Below, piece after piece: positions 18,924-26,649 of a stretch of 28,906 nt of DNA. The notes beneath the pieces were generated by a model. It was not told the DNA's origin, ran no database searches, and was given only the letters and a program-made list of their open reading frames with translations. Made by a program: the position numbers and the translations under genes. The DNA comes from an uncultured archaeon (GTDB lineage: Archaea; Asgardarchaeota; Thorarchaeia; Thorarchaeales; Thorarchaeaceae), in assembly GCA_964631415.1 (NCBI GenBank), contig CAZVZC010000028.1:1-28906 (forward strand). The letters run 5' to 3'. The stretch's first letter is position 1. Each line of letters starts with the position of its first letter.

Positions 18924-19586
18924 ATGAAGAGATCGTGGTTTACTCTTAGCAGCAGTATTCTTGTGCTGTTTGCTGTTATGGGCTATATGACTAATCCTGT
19001 CGCTGCCGTGTTCTTCGGAAACGACACACCGCCTTATGGATGGTCTACGACCGACCAAGCGGGCAACTTCGCGTCATGTTCGAAGGATGCAACAACAGGG
19101 GAGTGTTGGATCCAGGTCGACCCACTGAGTTGGCCTTGGTGGTATGAGGGCGGAACTTGGTCAGCTGCAGTAATCGGAGCAGTGTACACAACGGACCAAT
19201 CAGTGACAGCAACTTGGTACTTCCTATCATCTTGGGACCTTGACTATCGACTGAATTGCGGATGGGGCGGAAGTGTGACGATTAGCGTCGTCTATCGTGT
19301 CTACAACGCAAACCAAGAGAGAATTGCGGACACAACTGCTTGGAGCAAGACTTGGGTTGGTCCTGCGTTCAGTTGGGATGATTGGGATGAAGAGATATCA
19401 AAGGATATCTACAAGTCCTTCACATTGGACCTTAGTAATGGGCAGACCTACTATTTCGCTGTTGGACTCAAGGTGTGCATCAACAACGACTCTGGAGCCA
19501 TCGATGTCAATGCCAATAGTGACAATAGTGAACCTGCTCTGCTCACGGTGGACAGTATCACATGGACTTTAGTCCCGCCTGAGTAG
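18924..19586 (+). CDS. Secreted Trp/Asp-rich, probably beta-rich protein of unknown function
   Basis: MKRSWFTLSSSILVLFAVMGYMTNPVAA signal peptide; 4 Cys; no C-terminal TM anchor. Confidence 0.8.
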   Translation: MKRSWFTLSSSILVLFAVMGYMTNPVAAVFFGNDTPPYGWSTTDQAGNFASCSKDATTGECWIQVDPLSWPWWYEGGTWSAAVIGAVYTTDQSVTATWYFLSSWDLDYRLNCGWGGSVTISVVYRVYNANQERIADTTAWSKTWVGPAFSWDDWDEEISKDIYKSFTLDLSNGQTYYFAVGLKVCINNDSGAIDVNANSDNSEPALLTVDSITWTLVPPE

Positions 19587-19597
19587 CAATGACTAGT

Positions 19598-19636
19598 GAC
19601 GCTGAGAACATCGGTTCCAGCGTCCTCCCCCTTTCC
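19598..19636 (+). terminator. Stem-loop plus pyrimidine tract after the secreted-protein gene
   Basis: GACGCTG(A)GAAC-atcg-GTTCCAGCGTC followed by CTCCCCCTTTCC. Confidence 0.55.
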
Positions 19637-19640
19637 AGTG

Positions 19641-19650
19641 GATATATATC
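19641..19650 (+). promoter_or_regulatory. TATA box (GATATATATC) for the ABC operon
   Basis: AT-alternating box immediately after the terminator, ~110 bp upstream of the ABC ATPase. Confidence 0.45.
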
Positions 19651-19756
19651 GTGCTCAGACTGTAGCTGGCGAGCCTTGATTGCACAGTCTATCGAGGACG
19701 TGGTATCATAGTTGCATCGACATGCAACCTAGTCGTGGATTGGACGGTAACGGGTC

Positions 19757-20725
19757 ATGAAGTCAGTTGGTTCGAATATCATCAAGATTGATGGACTGGT
19801 CAAGGACTATCTCTCGATTGGCCGCGCCGGAGCTCGTCCGAAGCTATCGAGAGTGAGAGCACTATCAGGAGTGCAGGGAGTCTTCGACGGGGGGATACTC
19901 GGTCTTGTTGGACCGAACGGTGCAGGAAAGAGCACTCTGATTCAGATAATGGCAGGGGTGCTCAAGGCCACAAGAGGCTCTCTGACCATCTTCGACATGG
20001 ACTCCTGGAGGTCCACGAAGAACATCAAGAAACGAGTGGCCTTTCTCATGGAGGAGCCGGAGTATCCTCCTCTTGCAGGATTGCGCTTCCTGAGGTACGT
20101 TGGGGAACTCAGGGGCATGGACCGGATTTCAGCAGAGCGTCACGCACGGGATGCTCTTGAGCGTATTGGGATGGCTGACAGTGGCAGGCGTTCGATCACC
20201 TCGTACTCTGCAGGGATGAGGCGGAGACTGGGCATTGCGACTGCATTCATCGGCGACCCCGCGTTGATAGTGCTGGACGAGCCTGCAAAGACCCTCGATC
20301 CCCAAGGAAGGCATCTCCTGAGCAGTCTCATATCTGATGCACACCGTGAGCATGGGACCAGCTTCGTGATATCGAGTCACATACTCTCGGATCTGGAGCG
20401 CATCTGTACCGAGGCGTGGGTCTTGCATCGCGGCGAGTTCGTTGTCAAGGGAACGATCGCAGAGATATCTGAGCGCTTCAGACCAGACCTGTTTGTGGTT
20501 GAGGTCGACCGGCCCCAACTGATGTTCGAGAGGATGAGCGAACTGGTCCCTGGCCGTGTCACAATCCAGGGGCATCGACTGACAATACAGGGCGACCCTG
20601 AGCAGGTTTCAAGGATGGTTTCGGACACTGTCGCCGCACTGGGGCTCGTTCTACGCAAGTTCGAGCCGGCCATGGGCGAACTCGAGCGAGTACTGTTCGG
20701 AGGGGAGTCAGATGCAGTCGGATAG
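19757..20725 (+). CDS. ABC-2 type exporter ATP-binding subunit
   Basis: Walker A GPNGAGKS, signature YSAGMRRR, Walker B LIVLDEP, H-loop SSH. Confidence 0.95.
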   Translation: MKSVGSNIIKIDGLVKDYLSIGRAGARPKLSRVRALSGVQGVFDGGILGLVGPNGAGKSTLIQIMAGVLKATRGSLTIFDMDSWRSTKNIKKRVAFLMEEPEYPPLAGLRFLRYVGELRGMDRISAERHARDALERIGMADSGRRSITSYSAGMRRRLGIATAFIGDPALIVLDEPAKTLDPQGRHLLSSLISDAHREHGTSFVISSHILSDLERICTEAWVLHRGEFVVKGTIAEISERFRPDLFVVEVDRPQLMFERMSELVPGRVTIQGHRLTIQGDPEQVSRMVSDTVAALGLVLRKFEPAMGELERVLFGGESDAVG

Positions 20726-21629
20726 GCGCTCCTTCCGGACACTTCCGAGAGCAATTGTCCAGACGGTGCACGAACTGAGGGTTGTTTCTTCTCTTCTCAT
20801 GAGAGCGAATCTGAAACGATTGCCTCTCTTGTTCCTTGTCCTCGCTTCACTTGTTTCCCTGATACCGTTCCTCAACACGTTCGCATGGCAAGCAGGCAAT
20901 CCCGAGGGGGGAATCCTGGAGCATGCGTCTCGGAGGGACTCGCCTGAGTTCACGATATACACCAGTGCAGAGGTCATCTCACTGACCATTCGAGGCCTCG
21001 GATACTTCACCAATCTTGCTGTGTTCTACGTCGTGTTCCTTGGCCTGTCGGACAGGTTGATCCGGGAGGACCGAACAATCATCACTCTGCCGGTGGGCAA
21101 TGGCGTGCTGGCCATCGCGAGGCTTCTTGCAGTGATAGTCCCGGTCCTTCTGGCCCGGGTGACACTTGTCCTACTCGGTCTCGGAGCCTACTTGGTATTG
21201 CTCTCCGGGTCCAGCTCTGGTTTCGTGGTCCAGTTCCTCTTCACCGTGTGGGCACCCGTGCTTGTGGTGCTGATACATGATCTCTTCCTCTATACAGCAG
21301 TCTTCCTTCTTGGCCGCATCCTCCGGAACCTGATTCTGGGAGTCGTTGCAGCCTATGCCATCGTGTTTCCGACTCCGATCAACGACTTCTTGTACAATGG
21401 CATATTCGCGAGGGTTCCGGGAGGCGTACTCGACTCAGAAACTGCTGTACTGTACCTGTTCTACTCGGTGATGCAGCCGAGCCAGTACGCCTATACTGGT
21501 TGGCAGGCCGCCCTCGGCACCGATTTCGCGACAACGCAGCTGGCCGGGGTATTCTCACTGTGGGTCCTCGGGGCGGTATTACTCCTGCCTGTTGCCGTGG
21601 CGGTCGTCCGAAGGTTCACGAGGGGCTGA
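20712..21629 (+). CDS. ABC-2 type permease-like membrane protein
   Basis: About 6 TM segments, REDRTIITLPV motif, overlaps the ATPase stop. Confidence 0.75.
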   Translation: MQSDRRSFRTLPRAIVQTVHELRVVSSLLMRANLKRLPLLFLVLASLVSLIPFLNTFAWQAGNPEGGILEHASRRDSPEFTIYTSAEVISLTIRGLGYFTNLAVFYVVFLGLSDRLIREDRTIITLPVGNGVLAIARLLAVIVPVLLARVTLVLLGLGAYLVLLSGSSSGFVVQFLFTVWAPVLVVLIHDLFLYTAVFLLGRILRNLILGVVAAYAIVFPTPINDFLYNGIFARVPGGVLDSETAVLYLFYSVMQPSQYAYTGWQAALGTDFATTQLAGVFSLWVLGAVLLLPVAVAVVRRFTRG

Positions 21630-21632
21630 TTG

Positions 21633-22430
21633 ATGGCCCGCTACTTCCATGGCATCATGAAGACTCTCTACAGAGGAGTCTTGCTGGTTCGTGTGTCAGG
21701 CGTGGCCATGTCCCTGCTTCTCTCACTTGTCTTGCTCACGCTGTTCAGGTTGCCGCTTGTCTACGTGGTCCAAGAGTCCACCAGCACTCTCGACTTCATC
21801 ATCGGTTCGCTTCAGTTTGAGTTCTTCATGGGCGGGAGTCTTCTCATCAGTCTGCTGATACTGTCTGCAGCAGTCTACAGAGTACTGCTATACGAGAAAC
21901 AGCTGAGGGGAGATGCACAGATACTTCTCCAGCCCGTCAGCGCCGTCTGGCTCTATGGGACTCGCTACATTCTCCTCGTGGCTTTGATATCTCTGTACGG
22001 CCTCATTGTCTTCGTGAGCTACTGGCTATCGTTTCTGGTCATCGCGGACACCGCGGTTCTTGAGTTCGGCATCCTTGCGACGCTGGTATCGGTCTTCTCT
22101 GGTTTCATGATGCTTTCCGCAGGCCTCCTTCTGTTTGCAGCTCCAATGAACGCCCTTCAAAAGGGGCCTCTGCTTCTTCTACTCGTGGTACTCAGCAATC
22201 TCTCTCTGTCACAGCAGAGTAGTGCACTGAGTGGGTTCCTCGGTTTCTTCATACCATCTCTACGGCCGTGTTTCTCAGAGGGCGTCATGGACATCTTGGA
22301 CCAGGCCAATGGTGAAACTATCGAGTTCTCCCTTATGCCGTTCGGACTTCTGATTGCTCTGATCCTTGGATCACTCGCACTCGCCTATACTTCGTTGAAG
22401 CACACCGAGATACTGCGACAAGGTTCCTGA
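21633..22430 (+). CDS. ABC-2 type permease-like membrane protein
   Basis: About 6 TM segments, EKQLRGDAQILLQPVS motif, starts 3 nt after the preceding permease stop. Confidence 0.75.
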   Translation: MARYFHGIMKTLYRGVLLVRVSGVAMSLLLSLVLLTLFRLPLVYVVQESTSTLDFIIGSLQFEFFMGGSLLISLLILSAAVYRVLLYEKQLRGDAQILLQPVSAVWLYGTRYILLVALISLYGLIVFVSYWLSFLVIADTAVLEFGILATLVSVFSGFMMLSAGLLLFAAPMNALQKGPLLLLLVVLSNLSLSQQSSALSGFLGFFIPSLRPCFSEGVMDILDQANGETIEFSLMPFGLLIALILGSLALAYTSLKHTEILRQGS

Positions 22431-22977
22431 GTGTGATGGTGCACCCCAAGCGGGAAACCTACGATTGTTTCGCATCTGGCCAGCGTATCTAGTTTCGGAA
22501 GGTGCATTCAGTGAACACTAGCTACGCTTGGGCAGCACTGTTCCTAGGTCTGGATGCAGGATTTTTGCCGAGCAGCCAAGAAACTAGGATGGAACCTGAG
22601 GGCGAAGGAGTTCAAGGGGGTCAGACTGGCGGTCTAGGACTATGACTGTTTCTTGAGAAACCAGAGAGGTCTGCAGAAGTTATGCACATCGACAACGGGT
22701 TCGTTCCTGTGAAAGCCAGATTGACTTCTACCAGAGTCTGCTGCATTTCGCGGCTTAAGAAAGCAGGTCACAGGTCTCCGGACAGCCCGTGCGCAGTGCC
22801 GGAATCATCTCACGTGCACCTATTCTGACTGAAACCGAGTGTGCTAGGCTAAGGCGAGGTGTTCGCCATCTAAGCCACACGCTTGTGAGAATACCTTACT
22901 GGGTATTGCCTGAGCACCAAGGAGTGCCTACTGCAGAAGGACCTGCCTTGGCGCTTCAAGATGCGGTTGAGTCGGCC

Positions 22978-23211
22978 ATGGCCATGGAAACCGAAAGACG
23001 TAGCCGTGACTGCGACTCGTTCACCGAGGAGAAGTCTGGCCCGGGCTACCACAGGGGAGAATGCCTGCACGAGAAACGGAACTCGGTCTCGCGGGACGAC
23101 GAGCCCACGCGTTTCCTCCCCATCTATCAGCCGGACAACCCGACACAGTGTCGCTTCTTCAGTCCAAACAAGAAGAGGCCAGCATGTGTCCAGACCACAC
23201 TAGACTTCTAG
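22978..23211 (+). CDS. Small Cys-containing protein (degenerate Zn-finger-like) with C-terminal QTTLDF
   Basis: RDCDSF...GECLH...QCRFFSP; start at MAMETE within ORF 22789..23211. Confidence 0.4.
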   Translation: MAMETERRSRDCDSFTEEKSGPGYHRGECLHEKRNSVSRDDEPTRFLPIYQPDNPTQCRFFSPNKKRPACVQTTLDF

Positions 23212-23216
23212 GTCCT

Positions 23217-23313
23217 GTCACTCACCCACTCCACTTCGACTATTCCGCAAGCGTCCGAAGAGGCATGTCGTCACGCACCCACTCCACCTTGACAACTCCG
23301 TAAGCGTCCAAAG
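23217..23313. repeat. Tandem 44-bp imperfect direct repeat (period 53 bp)
   Basis: 23217-23260 vs 23270-23313, 37 of 44 identical. Confidence 0.85.
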
Positions 23314-23548
23314 CCTTACCCATGCCTCGTTTCCTGCAAATCCGCAGGACTCTTGCGGAATAGCTGCGGCAACGTAGTTGCCCCAGTTTCTTTTTGACTT
23401 CCTGCCTGAACTGCTTTGTCCAGAGCCATTTCTTCCTGACAGGAAAGACGATGACACTGCCGCGCTGCTCATGCGCGAAGACGAAATCAAATCCATTTTC
23501 GAGTATGTCCCTCATCTTGTCGACGGGAGGATTGTCACATCCTGACAT
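23240..23548 (-). CDS. Hypothetical basic protein
   Basis: Open frame with a GGAGTGTG RBS before ATG 23548; protein-like composition. Confidence 0.55.
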   Translation of the reverse strand: MSGCDNPPVDKMRDILENGFDFVFAHEQRGSVIVFPVRKKWLWTKQFRQEVKKKLGQLRCRSYSARVLRICRKRGMGKALDAYGVVKVEWVRDDMPLRTLAE

Positions 23549-23721
23549 GAAGACCGCCACACTCCTAGGTCAGGCTATTCAGCATGGGGAATGATCTCTG
23601 TCCCACCGACCAAGCCACCATGCATTCTGTCAAGACTCAAGAGAATAGGAATCTTGCCCGGCCGTTAGCGGGCCTCGTGAAACCGCCACACTCTTAACAC
23701 TGAAGACACAAACTGTCCGTC

Positions 23722-24480
23722 ATGCCTCGTGTGCTGACAGTCGAGTGGGGAGGAAGAGGAGAGCCCAGCTCTGCCCGTGAGGCCGACAGGCTGGCCCTCT
23801 CACTCGGTCCACGCAAGAGGCTCTCGGCGAAGGACCTTGCTCAGGTCAAGGAGTGGAAGCGTGAGAGGCTGACACTGAAGAGCAGTCAGGACGGAGGCAT
23901 CGGGCCGAGCCGAGCGATCATGTACGAAACCTCATGGGCGGTCCTCTACAGCCCGCAGAGAGTTGTGTTCCGAGAAAGCAGCTTCAGCGCGAGCGACAGC
24001 ACCGAAGAGCTTGCACCTTGGCAGATACCGGTTTCACATATGCAGATAGTCGGCGAGGTCGCGAGGGGCCTCTTCGGCGCACACCGCTTCAAGGGCGTCA
24101 GGTTGTACGGCGACCGCCACATAGACAGCGGTGCGAGGTTGCATCTTGTGACTCTGAGGGAGAAGTCAAGCAGAGAGAAGAGGGCGATGGTCTTTGACGA
24201 GGCGGACGACGCCAAGCTCATGGTACTCCTGGCACGAGTCTTGGACAAGACTGAGCTTGAGACAGTGTCCGACGAGGTACTTGTGCCTAGGGTCGCGTAC
24301 AAGAGGGCGCCCTCAGGGGTGTCGGGACCAACGGCTCTCATGGACCTAGCCAGAGAGAACAGCATGAGGCAGAGGTACAGGCTGGACCGGCTGAAGGCAC
24401 AGGTGAAGAGGGGGCGCGAGGCCAAGGTCCTGATTGACCGCATCGAGAGAGAGGCGAAGTCTTCCGGAATCACACCATGA
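23722..24480 (+). CDS. Hypothetical protein
   Basis: 252-aa ORF with coding-like codon usage and a TTAACA TATA-like box ~25 bp upstream. Confidence 0.7.
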   Translation: MPRVLTVEWGGRGEPSSAREADRLALSLGPRKRLSAKDLAQVKEWKRERLTLKSSQDGGIGPSRAIMYETSWAVLYSPQRVVFRESSFSASDSTEELAPWQIPVSHMQIVGEVARGLFGAHRFKGVRLYGDRHIDSGARLHLVTLREKSSREKRAMVFDEADDAKLMVLLARVLDKTELETVSDEVLVPRVAYKRAPSGVSGPTALMDLARENSMRQRYRLDRLKAQVKRGREAKVLIDRIEREAKSSGITP

Positions 24481-24526
24481 CGTAGCATGCTCGTTATCCC
24501 TGTAGGAGCTTATTAGGCACAGGACG

Positions 24527-24620
24527 ACCTCAGGTCCGTGGTGCGGGCTCAATAACTGCTCTTGTCATCTCTTCCAAGACCCCTGTTTCTGAAACGCATG
24601 AGCCCCACCACAGCTGAGGT
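24527..24620 (+). promoter_or_regulatory. Structured leader whose 3' arm pairs the GAGGT(G) RBS of 24630..24854
   Basis: ACCTCAG/CTGAGGT, GTGGTG/CACCAC and GGGCTCA/TGAGCCC stacked helices plus two short inner hairpins. Confidence 0.5.
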
Positions 24621-24629
24621 GCATGTGGT

Positions 24630-24854
24630 ATGGAACAGTCGAGCAAGATGAACGAGAAATGGATGTCTGAGAAGTACGACGAGCGACAGCTGAGAGCGAT
24701 AGTTGAGGTCCTTGAGAGCTTCGACACGCAGGAATGGGACGTGGACTTGGACGAGCTTGGTCTATGCGATGCTTCCGCGGATGTGGCATCAGCCCTGAAG
24801 ACCGCCAGAGAGGTCCTTCAGATGAAGGAGGCGTGCAAGTGGATTGCCCATTAG
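24630..24854 (+). CDS. Small acidic hypothetical protein
   Basis: GAGGTG RBS 8 nt before ATG; its stop overlaps the next ORF. Confidence 0.6.
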   Translation: MEQSSKMNEKWMSEKYDERQLRAIVEVLESFDTQEWDVDLDELGLCDASADVASALKTAREVLQMKEACKWIAH

Positions 24855-25371
24855 GTTCTTCGATGATGTACAGGAGGCCATCGACGACATCTACAGCCGA
24901 CGTGCGGAGGCTGACTCTGTGATACTTCGCTGGCAGTGGGCACTCCCGAGAGCGGGGACATACGCCATCCGTATCGCCGACGGCGTGTTAATCTATACTA
25001 AGATCGTGGAGGAACTGAAGGCGCCACACCTGCGGGGCTTCGTGTTCGGGAAACACTACAGGATAGTTTCGAACGTGATTTCAAACGGTGTTGGGATTCT
25101 CCGAACGGAATCGATTACTCGTGCCTCACAGCTGCCGGTGCTCAAACATGCGGTCGATCGGTTGGGCCGCCTTCAAGAGATAGTGGAGATGATTGCCTCG
25201 ATGAAGTGGAAGCCTGTTTCAGAGGACGAACGCGAAATCATACTTCATCTGCACAGACAAGGACATACTCTCGGGGAGATTACATCCCTGCTTTGGGCCG
25301 AATTGGGCATAGCTCGCCGGCCGTCAACCGTAAAGGGCGTCATCGGAAGAGGAGCCGGGACTGGCAAGTAG
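24844..25371 (+). CDS. Probably chimeric ORF: virus/plasmid-type N-terminal fragment fused in frame to a small HTH protein (25201..25371)
   Basis: C-terminal VSEDEREIILHLHRQGHTLGEITSLL..RRPSTVKGVI resembles IS30/HTH_38-type HTH; an internal GGAG RBS precedes ATG 25201. Confidence 0.55.
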   Translation: MPIRFFDDVQEAIDDIYSRRAEADSVILRWQWALPRAGTYAIRIADGVLIYTKIVEELKAPHLRGFVFGKHYRIVSNVISNGVGILRTESITRASQLPVLKHAVDRLGRLQEIVEMIASMKWKPVSEDEREIILHLHRQGHTLGEITSLLWAELGIARRPSTVKGVIGRGAGTGK

Positions 25372-25675
25372 TGTGTTAGCTAGGCTCAACAGAACCTTCA
25401 AAACGTACTATCTTTGCTCGCTAGTCGGCTGAAAGGACGAGTAGAGTGAGATAAGCCATGCCAGACAAGAGATCTGAGCAAGTCCAGAGAAAGCGCGAGG
25501 AGCTCACATCAATCTGTTTCAGGGACTCAGTATACACACATACCCACGCGATGCACAAGCTAGTCATTGAGCCCAGTAGGGGACCTTGCAGCCTGTGTGT
25601 TGTCGTGCCTATCATCGCGGCCCTCCATAAGAAGCCGTCCGGTCAGTCTACTGACCAATGTGCATCCAATTGGGA

Positions 25676-25958
25676 GAAGAAGCACAGGCGGTGCTTTCTC
25701 CTGATGCACTTTCTGAGATTCCGTTTGTTGTCTGGGCGAAGGAAGGAAGAGAATACGGCCTAGGAGCAATCATGATCACTCAACAGCCCGGTGCAATCCC
25801 GACGAACTCCTAAGTCAAGGTGACAACTTCTTCGCTTTCCACCTGGTTTCCAGTTCAGATTTGGCGCGTTTCAGAAGGGCTAACGCGCACTACTCTTCTG
25901 ATATCCTAACCGCCATCGTGAACGAACCCATCAAGGGCAACTGCTACTACTGGTCTTC
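25676..25958 (+). pseudogene. Frameshifted C-terminal remnant of a HerA/DUF87-family ATPase
   Basis: EEAQAVL..PFVVWAKEGREYGLGAIMITQQPGAIP then a 1-nt deletion at ~25799-25800, continuing DELLSQGDNFFAFHLVSSSDLARFRRANAHYSSDILTAIVNEPIKGNCYYWS (Walker B, KEGRKY-like and TQQP motifs). Confidence 0.8.
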
Positions 25959-26119
25959 CCCGAAGCTCTCTTTCCAATGAGGGCAAGACTGAGAAACTTG
26001 GGGGATTCTCCTGTCGCTTGTTCGAAGTAGTACTTGACTTCTTCCAGCTCCCTTTTCCGTCCGGCGAAGAATCTCCGGTTTCTTATCGGTTTCGTGAAGT
26101 CATAGGGATTTGTTGGCAC
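25949..26119 (-). pseudogene. N-terminal remnant of an archaeal AAA/STAND-type ATPase
   Basis: NPYDFTKPI..FFAGRKRELEEV..LALIGKRASGKTS, truncated immediately after Walker A; TATA-like ATATAA ~30 bp upstream. Confidence 0.8.
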
Positions 26120-26520
26120 GTCTATTCATATTGGGTTACGAAGTTTTTCTTATATGCATTGCACATTACCAACCCGTGTGTGAAACGGACGAAGGCATGA
26201 CGCCCACCGGTTGCCGGCTATCTGGAGGTTTCTGGTGGCAGTGCTTTCCAACCTTACATGCAAGGGAGCCTATGCCGTGGTGCCTGTTTTCATTCCTGCT
26301 CTCATGGAAGCTTATTATGTCATCCCACGTGTCGTTTCTGGTTTATCAGGTCCAAGGTAATGTTTCTGAAACAAAGGAACTGCGCATCGCTTCTCCCCTT
26401 TAAGCGCAATAGATGAAATCTTAGCATCGGCTCTGAATGTAGTCCTAATCACTCTGACGCATCTGAAGCATCATCGGCAGAACCAATGCCAAAGACCACG
26501 TCTTACTATTGGATTGCTGG

Positions 26521-26542
26521 CTTGGTGCTCTGGGGCACCAAG
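26521..26542. repeat. 8-bp perfect inverted repeat CTTGGTGC-N6-GCACCAAG
   Basis: Directly visible; lies ~110 bp upstream of conserved element copy B. Confidence 0.5.
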
Positions 26543-26649
26543 AACGCTTGGGAACTTCCGCCATGATCGGCAAAGGTAAGCGTATGCACGAGTTCAATCG
26601 AACTCCGAATCGAAGGGCCCAGGGACGTCAAGTTTTTCATTTGCGGCCG

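Noticed and set aside
23217-23313. Diversity-generating retroelement TR/VR pair
   Set aside because: Mismatches are not confined to adenines of one copy on either strand, the repeat is only 44 bp, and no reverse transcriptase is present.
22611-24105. FKGVRL/TTCAAGGGsGTCAG match between ~22611 and ~24088
   Set aside because: The flanks show no similarity; compatible with chance.
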